A stretch of 64,000 nucleotides of DNA from an uncultured Clostridia bacterium (lineage in GTDB: Bacteria > Bacillota > Clostridia > TANB77 > CAG-508): positions 705-64,704 of the forward strand of contig CAKPJK010000002.1 in NCBI GenBank assembly GCA_934162615.1. Direction: 5' to 3'. Below the pieces are notes generated by a model. That model had not been told where the DNA came from. It did no database searches and saw only the letters and a list, made by a program, of their open reading frames with translations. Made by a program: the position numbers and the translations under genes. Shown in pieces: positions 42,077-52,192 of this stretch (its first letter is position 1; each line of letters opens with the position of its first letter).

Positions 42077-44824
42077 ATGAAAAAAACTAAAATTATTTTA
42101 ATTATTGCTATGATAGTTTCAATATTAACATTAATAGGAACACATAGTAATGCACAAGCAGAAAAAGTGAAAAATAATGGAATATATAAAATAGCAATAG
42201 GAAAAAATTCAAGCAAGACTTTAGAAGTTGCTGGAAGCAGTAAAGACAATAATGCCAAAGTAGATATATGGAGTTATGGAAATGCTCTGGCTCAAAAATT
42301 TTATTTTGAATATCAAGATGGATATTATAAAATAACAGCAATGCATACAGGAAAAAGTTTGACGGCAAAAAATAATAGTATACAAGATGGCACAGAAATA
42401 GTACAAGCAGACTTTACTGGAAATAATGGACAAAAATGGATGTTAAGAGATACTAAGAAAAATGGATGGGTAATATCTCCATTAAGTAACTCAAATTTAG
42501 CAATAACAGTACAAGGTTCAATACAAAATGGTTCAAAAATAGTCTTGTCAAAAACAAAAGACAATGATAATCAAATGTTATATTTATTTGATATAACTAG
42601 CAGTGAAAAAGTACAAAATAACGGAATATACAAAATTGCTGTTGGGAATAATCCAAGCAAAACAATGGAAGTAGCAGGAAGTAGCCAAAGTAGCAATGCT
42701 AAAATTGACATATGGGGATATGGAAATGTACCTGCACAAAAATTTTATTTTGAATATAAAGAAGGTTATTATAAAATAACAGCAATGCATTCAGGTAAAA
42801 GCTTAACAGCAAAAAATAATAGTATAAAAGAAGGCACAGAAGTTGTACAAGCAGACTATACAGGAAATAATAGTCAAAAATGGATATTTAGAGATACCCA
42901 TAGAAATGGATGGATAATATCTCCATTATCTAATCCTTGCTTAGCAATAACAATTCAAGGTTCAATACAAAATGGCTCAAAAATTGTCTTGTCAAAAACT
43001 TATGATAATAATAATCAAATGTATTATTTATATAATTTAAATGGTACTGAAAAAACTAAAGACAATGCAACTTATGAAGTTTTAGTTGGAGCAGATTCTA
43101 ACAAAGGATTAGAAGTTGCAGGAAGTAATAAGAATAATAATGCAACAGTAGACATATGGAATTACGGAAATGTACCTGCTCAAAAATTCAAATTTGAGTA
43201 TGTAAATGGATATTATAAAATCACAGTTACTCACACAGGAAAAAGTTTGACAGCTAAAAATAATAGTATAAAAGAAGGAACAGAAATTGTACAATCAGAT
43301 TATACTGGAAGTGATGGTCAAAAATGGCTAGTAAAAGATAGTAAGAAAAATGGTTGGATTATCTCACCTTTGGCTAATCCAAGTTTATGTATAACTGTTC
43401 AAGGTTCAATACAAAATGGTTCAAAAATAATATTATCACAAACACGAAACAATAATAATCAAATGTTCTATTTGGTTCAAGCGCCAAATGTTACAAAAAC
43501 AATTGCAAATGGAACATATGAATTAGCAATTGGTGCAAATAGTAGTAAAGCAATAGAAGTAGCAGGAAGTAGCCAAGCGAATAATGCTAAAGTTGATATA
43601 TGGAACTATGGTAATTCTAGAGCACAAAAATTCAATCTAGAATATGTAAATGGGTATTATAAAATTACAGTTGCTCACTCAGGAAAAAGCCTAACTGTAA
43701 AAGGAAATAACATAAAAAATGGTATAGAAATAGTACAAGATGACTATAAAGGCGAAATTGGGCAAATGTGGATGATTGTTGATACTAAAATAAATGGATG
43801 GGTAATTTCACCAGTAGCAAGACAAGATCTAGCAATTACTGTACAAAACAAAATAGAAAATGGCTCAAAAATTATTCTAGAGGCAAAACAAAAAAGTAGT
43901 AATAGACAAATGCTTTATCTATTTAAAACAAATATTAGTGTTAATATAAATACAGCAAAATATCCGGGTGTAGCAGAAGCACTTGACAAAGTTGCAGCAG
44001 CACATCCAAATTGGCAATTTGAAATATTATATACAAATCTAGACTTCTATACAGCGGTAAAAGGCGAATATGAATATGCAAATAAACAAGGAAACTTAGT
44101 ATATACTCCTACATATGGTGGAAACTGGATTGCATCAAATCCATATGTTAGTGGTGTTTGGGCATCTGCTTCTTATAATGGAATAGCATATTTTATGGAC
44201 ACACGAAATTTCTTAAATGATGTTGATATATTCCAATTTGTTGATTTAGGAAGTTACTCAAGTAGTGGTGCTACACTAAGTTCAATACAATATCAAGTAA
44301 ATGGTACATTCTTAGAGAAAAATGCGCAAGATATTAAAAATGCTTGTCAAAATAAAAATATTAACCCATATTATGTTATAGCACGACTATTCCAAGAACA
44401 AGGAAGAAATGGTTCTGCAACTATCAATATGGATGGAGGAGATGGAAAAAAATATCAAAATCCATTTAACATTGGTGCAGTTGTAGGTAATGATGTTGCA
44501 ACCGCTTTAGCATATGCTAAAAAAGAAGGCTGGGATACAATGCAAAAAGGTCTAGAAGGTGGAATTAAAATATTAAAAAGTAATTACATAGATAAAAAAC
44601 AAAACACACTATACTTAAATAAATTTAATGTTAATCCTGTAAGCAGTAGTGCATTATACGGTCACCAATACATGCAAAATTTATCAGCTGCATATAGTGA
44701 AGCAAGAACATTTAGGAGTTCTTACGTAAGTACTGGAACATTAAATAATAAAATAAAATTTGTAATTCCTGTTTATGAAAATATGCCACAATCACCAGCA
44801 AGAAAACCAACAGGAGCAAAATAA
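42077..44824 (+). CDS. secreted wall hydrolase: 4 ricin-type lectin repeats plus a GH73-like N-acetylglucosaminidase domain
   Basis: Signal peptide and four ~145-aa repeats homologous to those of the upstream gene. The C-domain has ARLFQEQG, NPFNIGA and QNTLYLNKFNVNP blocks resembling LytG/LytD-type glucosaminidases. Confidence 0.7.
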   Translation: MKKTKIILIIAMIVSILTLIGTHSNAQAEKVKNNGIYKIAIGKNSSKTLEVAGSSKDNNAKVDIWSYGNALAQKFYFEYQDGYYKITAMHTGKSLTAKNNSIQDGTEIVQADFTGNNGQKWMLRDTKKNGWVISPLSNSNLAITVQGSIQNGSKIVLSKTKDNDNQMLYLFDITSSEKVQNNGIYKIAVGNNPSKTMEVAGSSQSSNAKIDIWGYGNVPAQKFYFEYKEGYYKITAMHSGKSLTAKNNSIKEGTEVVQADYTGNNSQKWIFRDTHRNGWIISPLSNPCLAITIQGSIQNGSKIVLSKTYDNNNQMYYLYNLNGTEKTKDNATYEVLVGADSNKGLEVAGSNKNNNATVDIWNYGNVPAQKFKFEYVNGYYKITVTHTGKSLTAKNNSIKEGTEIVQSDYTGSDGQKWLVKDSKKNGWIISPLANPSLCITVQGSIQNGSKIILSQTRNNNNQMFYLVQAPNVTKTIANGTYELAIGANSSKAIEVAGSSQANNAKVDIWNYGNSRAQKFNLEYVNGYYKITVAHSGKSLTVKGNNIKNGIEIVQDDYKGEIGQMWMIVDTKINGWVISPVARQDLAITVQNKIENGSKIILEAKQKSSNRQMLYLFKTNISVNINTAKYPGVAEALDKVAAAHPNWQFEILYTNLDFYTAVKGEYEYANKQGNLVYTPTYGGNWIASNPYVSGVWASASYNGIAYFMDTRNFLNDVDIFQFVDLGSYSSSGATLSSIQYQVNGTFLEKNAQDIKNACQNKNINPYYVIARLFQEQGRNGSATINMDGGDGKKYQNPFNIGAVVGNDVATALAYAKKEGWDTMQKGLEGGIKILKSNYIDKKQNTLYLNKFNVNPVSSSALYGHQYMQNLSAAYSEARTFRSSYVSTGTLNNKIKFVIPVYENMPQSPARKPTGAK
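42173..43922 (+). repeat. four tandem ~440-bp coding repeats (ricin lectin modules)
   Basis: Same repeat family as 40001..41311. The most conserved stretches look about 90 percent identical at the DNA level by eye. Confidence 0.8.
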
Positions 44825-44872
44825 ATGTAAAAAAATACAAAAGCAAATTTATAAAAAAAGGAGATAAATAAA

Positions 44873-45307
44873 ATGAAAAAATTATTCAAACTATTAATTA
44901 TAACTATTTCAGCAATTTTAGTATGTAACATATGTAATTTTGCATATGCAGATGAAGAAGATGGAAGACTGGTAGATATTCCAGTTCCTCCATCAAGCAC
45001 TGGACATGCTGATTCCACAGTGGAAGAAAAACAACAACAGACAGAAAATAATTTAGAACAAAAAAATGAAACAAAAGTTGATTACAATAAAGAAATTGAA
45101 GAAGAACAAAAAAGAGAAGAACAAACAAATACTGATGTTATAGAAACTGATACAGAAACTACTAAAGAAAATGCAGTAAGCAATGAAGAAAACAATAATG
45201 TTGATATACATAATAATGATAATAAAAACATCATAGCAGTTGTAATTGTAGTTGCTTTATGTGTCATTATACTAATAATTGCTAACATAAAAAGAAAAAA
45301 TAAATAA
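44873..45307 (+). CDS. acidic secreted protein with C-terminal membrane anchor
   Basis: Signal peptide, a Glu/Asn/Thr-rich region, a C-terminal TM helix and a KRKNK tail. Confidence 0.55.
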   Translation: MKKLFKLLIITISAILVCNICNFAYADEEDGRLVDIPVPPSSTGHADSTVEEKQQQTENNLEQKNETKVDYNKEIEEEQKREEQTNTDVIETDTETTKENAVSNEENNNVDIHNNDNKNIIAVVIVVALCVIILIIANIKRKNK

Positions 45308-45330
45308 TACTTAAAGGAGATTCTATTATT

Positions 45331-46111
45331 ATGAAAAAAAATTATTGGATAATAATTATAATTTTAGCAATAATAATCATAACATCTATTTTTGTAATTA
45401 TTAATAACAAAAAAAATCAAGATATAGAAAATAATACTATTCGGTAATATACAAGAACAAAATAATGAAAATTCAAACTTAGAAAATGAAAGTGCTCCAA
45501 CAGAGAAAATAGAGAAAAATAAAACGGTAGAAGTTTCAACAGAAGAATTAGAAAATATGAAAAAAGAAATAAAGGCAAAAGGAAATGATGATATTTATTA
45601 TGTTGAAGAAGAAAAAGATGGAAGAAAGATATTGCAAATAAAAGAAAATGTCCAATATGAAGTTGATTTGGCAGGAATTATAAAAAATGCATTACCTAAG
45701 GAAGAAGAATTAAACAATTTGTTAGAAAAAGCACCTAAATATAGCGGGATATGGATTTCTACACAATCAAGAGAAAGTTTTTCTAAATTATTAAAAAATA
45801 ATGGGATAACAAATTTTAGTATAGATGATGATGGATATTTAAAAATAGAAGATAATGAAAATGGTTTATACTCAAATGAACTAAGAAAAATGCAAAAATC
45901 TAATAAACTTTATATAATTAATATGACAGGAGTAGCTTACGAAAGGGACTATATTTCTGGAGAAATTACAGAATATCCATTTGAAGATATGGACCCAACA
46001 CAAGAGCTAGAATCATATAAAAATGATAATGCGTTAATTTTGGAAGTAACAAGTAATAAAAATAAAAAATTAACTAATAAAGAAATTTTAAAATCAATTG
46101 TTCAATACTAA
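45331..46111 (+). pseudogene. membrane-anchored hypothetical protein, reading frame broken (+1) at in-frame CGG 45442-45444
   Basis: AAAGGAG-ATG 45331 encodes a TM anchor, then ATT CGG TAA. The +1 frame from GGT 45443 is open and runs into the listed 45557..46111 ORF. Confidence 0.6.
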
Positions 46112-46167
46112 TAATTTAATGAAAAAGCAAAAATGGTATATGTAGTTATAGAAAGGGTTTGATACAA

Positions 46168-47121
46168 ATGGAAAAGATTAAAATATTTGCTTGTAGTAAA
46201 GAAGCAGAACCATTTACAAGAGAAATATGTGAATATTTAGATGTCCCTATGGGAAAAATTGAAAGAATGAAATTTAAAAATGACAACAATTTTGTTCAAA
46301 TATTAGAAACAGTTAGAGATTATGATGTATATTTAATACAAAGTAATACACCACCTGTAAATGAAAGAATAATGGAATTATTAATAACTATAGATGCTGT
46401 AAAAAGAGCATCTGCAAGGAATATAAATGTAGTATTACCATATTATATATACTCAAGATCAGACAAAAAAGACCAACCTAGGGTACCAATAACTGCAAAA
46501 TTATTAGCAGAATTAATAGAAGCAGCAGGAGCAACAAGAGTAATAACATGCGATTTACACAACCCAGCAATACAAGCATATTTTAATAATATTAATTGTG
46601 ATAGACTTTCAGCAGAAAGACTTTTAGAAAAATACTTTGAAGACAAAAAACTTGAAAATAAGGTAATAGTTGCAACAGATGCAGGAAGTTCAAAAAAAGC
46701 ATATAAATATTCAGAATTTTTTGGCTGTCCAATAGCAATGCTTGATAAAAGAAGAGACGGAAATAATGATAAAGCAATAGGAACAACTATTATAGGTGAT
46801 GTTAAAGGTAAAAATGCTATTATATTTGATGACGAGATAGACACAGCAGGTTCTATGATGGAAACAGTAAGGGTACTAAAAGAATTTGGTGCTAAATCTG
46901 TATATGCTGCATGTACACATGGAGTACTATCTGGTCCAGCAATAGAAAGAATACAAAACTCTCCAATTCAAGAACTTGTTATAACAAATACAATACCATT
47001 ACCAGAAGAAAAGAAAATTGATAAAATACAAGTCGTATCAATTGCACCATTATTTGCAGAAACAATAAAAAGATTAAATGAAAAGAAACCACTAGGTGAA
47101 CTATTAAAAACATTTATATAA
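46168..47121 (+). CDS. prs: ribose-phosphate pyrophosphokinase
   Basis: Start at ATG 46168. VVLPYYIYSRSDKK, CDLHNPAIQ and IIFDDEIDTAGS PRPP-binding blocks. Confidence 0.95.
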   Translation: MEKIKIFACSKEAEPFTREICEYLDVPMGKIERMKFKNDNNFVQILETVRDYDVYLIQSNTPPVNERIMELLITIDAVKRASARNINVVLPYYIYSRSDKKDQPRVPITAKLLAELIEAAGATRVITCDLHNPAIQAYFNNINCDRLSAERLLEKYFEDKKLENKVIVATDAGSSKKAYKYSEFFGCPIAMLDKRRDGNNDKAIGTTIIGDVKGKNAIIFDDEIDTAGSMMETVRVLKEFGAKSVYAACTHGVLSGPAIERIQNSPIQELVITNTIPLPEEKKIDKIQVVSIAPLFAETIKRLNEKKPLGELLKTFI

Positions 47122-47131
47122 ATAGAAAGAT

Positions 47132-48100
47132 GTGAGATTATTGATAAAATTAAGTATTATAATTCCAGTATTTAATACAGAAAAAAAACTAAGAAAATGT
47201 TTAGATTCAGTTTTACAACAGAAAGATGATGAACTAGAAATTGTTGTTATAAATGATGGAAGCAAGGATTCATCAGATAAAATAATAAAAGAATATAAAG
47301 AAAAAAATCCTCAAACAATTTCATATTATAAAAAACAAAACACTGGAGTTGCTGATACCAGAAATTATGGAATAAAAAAAGCAAAAGGACAATATATAAT
47401 GTTTTTAGACTCAGATGATTATATAGATGCCCATTTATATAGTATTGTAAAACAATATATGAAAAAAAACATAGAACTCATAAAATTCAAATTACAAAGA
47501 ATTGATGAGAGTGGAAATATTTTAGAAAAAGTTAATGGACCTGTATTTGAGACAACCACTGGTGGAGAAGGATTTGAAAATTTATATGCTTCAGATGTTT
47601 TACTTGATTCTCCATGTATATACATAATAAAAAAAGAAATATTTATACGTAACAAATTATTATTTAATGTAGGAACAGAACATGAAGACTTTGGACTCAT
47701 ACCATTTGTCATTGTTCTTGCTAAAACAATGATATCTATTGATTATTATGGCTATGAATACGTTCAATCAAATGGAAGTATAACACGAAATAATAATTAT
47801 AGTAAAACAAAGAAAAAAGCTTATGATGCATTAAAACAATATGATGAAGCATTAGTTAAAATAGAAAAACATAATATTAATAAAAAGACAGCTTATTATT
47901 TAAAAACATATTACACAAATGCGATTTTATTAAAAACAGAAACATTAGAGAAAAAAGACCAAAACCAATACATTAAAGAAATAAAGAAAAGAAAAATGAT
48001 TAAAAATATCAAAGCAAACAATATAAGACAAATGTTGCGTAAAATAATTTTATTATTAAGTATAAAACAATATTTAAAATTAAGAAAAAAAGTAAAATAA
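47132..48100 (+). CDS. glycosyltransferase family 2
   Basis: LSIIIPVFNTEK, NDGSKDSS and FLDSDD motifs. The start may be GTG 47132 or TTG 47141. Confidence 0.85.
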   Translation: MRLLIKLSIIIPVFNTEKKLRKCLDSVLQQKDDELEIVVINDGSKDSSDKIIKEYKEKNPQTISYYKKQNTGVADTRNYGIKKAKGQYIMFLDSDDYIDAHLYSIVKQYMKKNIELIKFKLQRIDESGNILEKVNGPVFETTTGGEGFENLYASDVLLDSPCIYIIKKEIFIRNKLLFNVGTEHEDFGLIPFVIVLAKTMISIDYYGYEYVQSNGSITRNNNYSKTKKKAYDALKQYDEALVKIEKHNINKKTAYYLKTYYTNAILLKTETLEKKDQNQYIKEIKKRKMIKNIKANNIRQMLRKIILLLSIKQYLKLRKKVK

Positions 48101-48118
48101 TAAAAACAAGGAGAAAAG

Positions 48119-49502
48119 ATGAAACGGAAAATATAATATTTTGATATGTCATGCAAAACTTGGAGCAGGAGGAATTGAAACTGCATGTATAACTCAAATA
48201 AGAGAATTTTCAAGAAGAGGATATAAAATATATGTTTTAGCTGAAAGTGGTTTTTATGCTAAAAAATTAAATCAAATACCTGGTGTTACATTTATAGACT
48301 TTAAATACGAATCACGAGAAAGCTATAATTTAGAAAAAATTGAATTTGTAAAAAATATTATCGAAAAATATAATATAAAATTGGTATATATACATCAAGT
48401 TGATTGTGTATCATCTGTTTTTTCTGCATGTATATTAACAAATACACCATATGTTGCATATGTACATCATGGAATTACAGGAGTATATGATGAGGAATTA
48501 CAGATAGGAAATATGGGCTTAGAATTTCAAACTTTATATTATAGATTGGCATCAAAAATCATCACAATTCAAGAAACATCAAAAAAAGAAAATATGAAAA
48601 GGTTCAAATTAGAAGAAGACAAATATAAGGTTATACCTAATTGTATAGATTTTCAGGAGTTTAAAAGCAATAGCCCAATAAATATAAATAAAGTTTTATT
48701 AATTTCGAGATTTGAAAAAGATAAGAAAAATGGTGTTATAAATGGTTTAAGATGGTTTGCTGAATATAAAAAAATAAACCCAGAGGCCAAGCTCACAATT
48801 GTTGGAGATGGAAGTCAAAGACAAAAAGTAGAGGAACAAATAAAAGAACTAAAGATTGAGTGTGATATGTTAGGAGCACGTAATGACATTAGAGATATTA
48901 TGGAACAAAATGGTATTGTATTAGGAATTGCTAGATGTGTGCAAGAAGCAATTGCCATGAAAAGAATAGCAATTATTACAGGAAATGATGATTTCCAAGG
49001 AATAATAACAAATAACAATATAGAAAGATTTTCTTGTACTAATTTCCAAGATATAGAAAATGGAAAAAAGGATTATGCAGAAGTTGCCAAACAGGTCAAT
49101 TTATTAAAAAACAAAGAGATTGAGAAAATAGTAGATAAAAATTATGAATGGTTGTATGTAAATAGAAATATAAAGGACAACATTTATGAGGTAGAAGATA
49201 TCGAAAAAATAAACAATCCTATAAATGAATTAGATAGAAATGAAATCATGAAAGTACTAATCAGTGAATTACAATATATGCATACATGGATGCAAAAAGA
49301 AATAGATAGAGGATGGGAAGCAAGACAAAAGACAGAAGATTATTACATTGGAAGAGAAAATTGGAATGATAAAATCTTAAAAGAAAAAGAACAAGAATTA
49401 GAACAGTATATTGAAAAATACAATGAAACATTAAAAGAACTTGAAGAAATAAAAAACAGTAAATTTTGGAAGATGTTTAAAAAATTATTTAAAAATAATT
49501 AA
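48119..49502 (+). pseudogene. GT4-like glycosyltransferase with coiled-coil tail, reading frame broken (+1) at CGG 48125-48127
   Basis: AAGGAG-ATG 48119 reads ATG AAA CGG AAA ATA TAA. The +1 frame from GGA 48126 reads GKYNILICHAKLGAGGIET..., joining the listed 48141 ORF. Paralogue of 32130..33533 (MKNILLCNNAMDIGGVET). Confidence 0.7.
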
Positions 49503-49537
49503 AATAATATATAAAATGGTAAATAAGGAGAACTAGA

Positions 49538-50503
49538 ATGAAAAAAATCAGTATAATAATACCTGCATATAATGAAGAAGAATCATTACCAATATTAAGG
49601 GACAGAATAGAAAAACTAATGAACTCTATGGAAAACTATGAATTTGAAATATTATTTGTTAATGATGGAAGTAAAGATAAAACAATAGAAATTATAAAAA
49701 AAATGAGGGAAGAAGACACAAGATTCAACTATGTTGATTTCTCTAGAAATTTTGGAAAAGAAATTGCAATGATTGCAGGACTTGATTATGCAACAGGTGA
49801 TTGTGTAATATTTATGGATGCAGATTTACAAGACCCACCAGAATTGATACCAGAACTTGTTAAATATTGGGAACAAGGATATGATGATGTATATGCTAAA
49901 AGACGTTCTAGAAAAGGTGAAACATGGCTAAAAAAATTTACTTCAAAAATGTATTATAAAGTATTACAAAAAGCAACCAGAATAGAAATACAAAAAGATA
50001 CTGGCGACTTTAGATTACTTGATAGAAGATGTGTAAATGCTCTGAAAAAATTAAGAGAATCTGAAAGAAATACAAAGAGTATGTTTAGTTGGATTGGATA
50101 TAAAAAGAAAGAAGTTTTATATGATAGAGACCCAAGAATTGCTGGAACTACCAAATGGAATTATATTAAATTAATAGATTTAGCAATAGATGGTATAACA
50201 TCATTTACAACTTCTCCATTAAGACTTTCTACATATATTGCTATTCCCACTTTTTTAGTATTATTTGTCTATTTTGTATATGTTATAGCAAAATGTTTTG
50301 TTATTAAGCAAGCAATACAAGCTTTTCAAGCAATTATATTATTAATATTATTCTTTTCTGGAGTTCAAATTTTACTATTTGGAATTGTAGGTGAATATTT
50401 AGGAAGAATATTTAATGAAACAAAAAATAGACCTTTATATTTAGTTAATGAATATAATGGTGAAAAAGAAATGAATGAAGAAAAAGTTCAAATAAAGAAG
50501 TAG
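49538..50503 (+). CDS. polyprenyl-phosphate glycosyltransferase (GT2, GtrB-like), second copy
   Basis: 321 aa. ISIIIPAYNEE, NDGSKDKT, MDADLQDPPE and DTGDFRLLDR motifs plus C-terminal TM helices. Paralogue of 28369..29307. Confidence 0.85.
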   Translation: MKKISIIIPAYNEEESLPILRDRIEKLMNSMENYEFEILFVNDGSKDKTIEIIKKMREEDTRFNYVDFSRNFGKEIAMIAGLDYATGDCVIFMDADLQDPPELIPELVKYWEQGYDDVYAKRRSRKGETWLKKFTSKMYYKVLQKATRIEIQKDTGDFRLLDRRCVNALKKLRESERNTKSMFSWIGYKKKEVLYDRDPRIAGTTKWNYIKLIDLAIDGITSFTTSPLRLSTYIAIPTFLVLFVYFVYVIAKCFVIKQAIQAFQAIILLILFFSGVQILLFGIVGEYLGRIFNETKNRPLYLVNEYNGEKEMNEEKVQIKK

Positions 50504-50506
50504 AAA

Positions 50507-52003
50507 CTACTTCTTTATTTTTGACATATTTATAATAAAAAAAGTAACGCAATAAACCAAAATAAAAAGTAAAATATTAAAAATCAAATTAACAATAAGA
50601 TTCAAAAAACTAAAACGAAAAACACTTAAAACAAAAAATCCAACCAAACTACAAAATAAAGGAACAACGATCCAATCTATCAAATTAGGTTTAATCTTAG
50701 AATACTTAAACAACTGGAAAAGACTAATACTAAAATTCAAAACCTCACTAAAAAAGATAGAAAGAACATAGCCTTTAATTCCTAAAACAGGAAGTAAAAA
50801 ATAAATAAAACAGGTAGTAATACTCAAATCCAGAATATTGCAACACATAACACCAAACTGTTTATTCAAACCCTTTAAAATACAATCTATAATATGATCC
50901 ATATACATAAAAAATATGAATGGAGTAAATACTTTAAAAAAATATCCAGTCTCGATATTGTTATAAATAGCAAGCCCCAAATCATTAGAAAAAATGAAAA
51001 ATATACCACAAATGCACATCGTAAAAGCACAAGTAATCTTAAAGATTTTATTTGCTATATAATTAATTGCCTTATAATTTTTTTGAGCCACATATGTAGA
51101 AAATTCCGGTATCAAAAGCATACTATATGAATCGGTAAAAACAGTTGGAAAAGTTATAACGGGAAGGACCATACCATTAATCATTCCATATTGTGAGAGG
51201 GCTCTACTACAAGAAATGCCTGACTTTTCAAGTTGAGTAGGAATTATTAACTGCTTTAAAGTAGAAAGTCCAGAACGTATATATGATGTAACAGCTACAG
51301 GAAAAGCAATTTTCAAAATATTAAATCTTTGTCCAAAAGAACGGACATCTTCTAATTTTTTAAGTCTTATATCTATAATATATAAAATAAAAATCAATGT
51401 AAAAGAGCATACTTCTGAGATTACATCAGCCAAAATAAGTGAAATGCAAACCGCTTCTACACCATTAGTAATATTTATTTTTAGTAATATTATTGTCGCA
51501 AACATTTTAATTGTAAATTCAAAAACCTGAGAAATAGCATTTTTATAGGCCTTTCGTACTGTTGTGAAATAACTGCTAATGCACGAAGACATTGCAATAA
51601 AAGGCAATCCAATGGCAATATAAAATAAAGGCCTAGAAGAAACCATATTATGCAAACATTTACTTGTAATAAAATTAGAAAAAAGTAAAATCAAACAACC
51701 TGCTGAAATTCCTAATAATAAACTAAAAAATATGCAAGTACGTATTGCTTTTATAGCTTGTTTATTTTTATTTAAAGCAAATTTTTCTGAAACAATTACG
51801 GTTACTGCAATATTTAATCCAGATGTTGCAACAGTTATGAAAAATAGATATACAGCCATAACTAAACTAAAAACGCCAACCGCTTCTGAGCCTATTTGAT
51901 TTGATATATATATATTAAAAATAAGTGCTGCAAATTTCATAAGTAATGATGTACTTGTTAATATTGCTCCGTTTATTAGGAATAGTTTACTTTTTTGTCT
52001 CAA
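50507..52003 (-). CDS. MOP-superfamily flippase (SpoVB/MurJ-like polysaccharide or lipid II flippase)
   Basis: 498 aa with about 14 TM helices. The N-terminus (INGAILTSTSLLMKFAALIFNIYISNQIGSEAVGVF) resembles SpoVB. Confidence 0.75.
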   Translation of the reverse strand: MRQKSKLFLINGAILTSTSLLMKFAALIFNIYISNQIGSEAVGVFSLVMAVYLFFITVATSGLNIAVTVIVSEKFALNKNKQAIKAIRTCIFFSLLLGISAGCLILLFSNFITSKCLHNMVSSRPLFYIAIGLPFIAMSSCISSYFTTVRKAYKNAISQVFEFTIKMFATIILLKINITNGVEAVCISLILADVISEVCSFTLIFILYIIDIRLKKLEDVRSFGQRFNILKIAFPVAVTSYIRSGLSTLKQLIIPTQLEKSGISCSRALSQYGMINGMVLPVITFPTVFTDSYSMLLIPEFSTYVAQKNYKAINYIANKIFKITCAFTMCICGIFFIFSNDLGLAIYNNIETGYFFKVFTPFIFFMYMDHIIDCILKGLNKQFGVMCCNILDLSITTCFIYFLLPVLGIKGYVLSIFFSEVLNFSISLFQLFKYSKIKPNLIDWIVVPLFCSLVGFFVLSVFRFSFLNLIVNLIFNILLFILVYCVTFFIINMSKIKK

Positions 52004-52192
52004 ATAATTTCACCTCTTTAATGAATATGCAGAAATTTAAAAATAATAACTGACCACTAAGACTAATGACTTTTTTCAAAAAAAGGTATATTATTGTAGA
52101 GTATTTGTGATATAATGCAATTACTAAAAAATAATATAAAATTTATTTAAAGCAATTTTGGCAAATTTTATATTTTGAGAAAGGAAAAAAAT

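Noticed and set aside
44873-45307. PPSSTG as a sortase (SPxTG/LPxTG) sorting signal
   Set aside because: The motif does not fit (S/P)PxTG and sits near the N-terminus rather than before the C-terminal TM helix.
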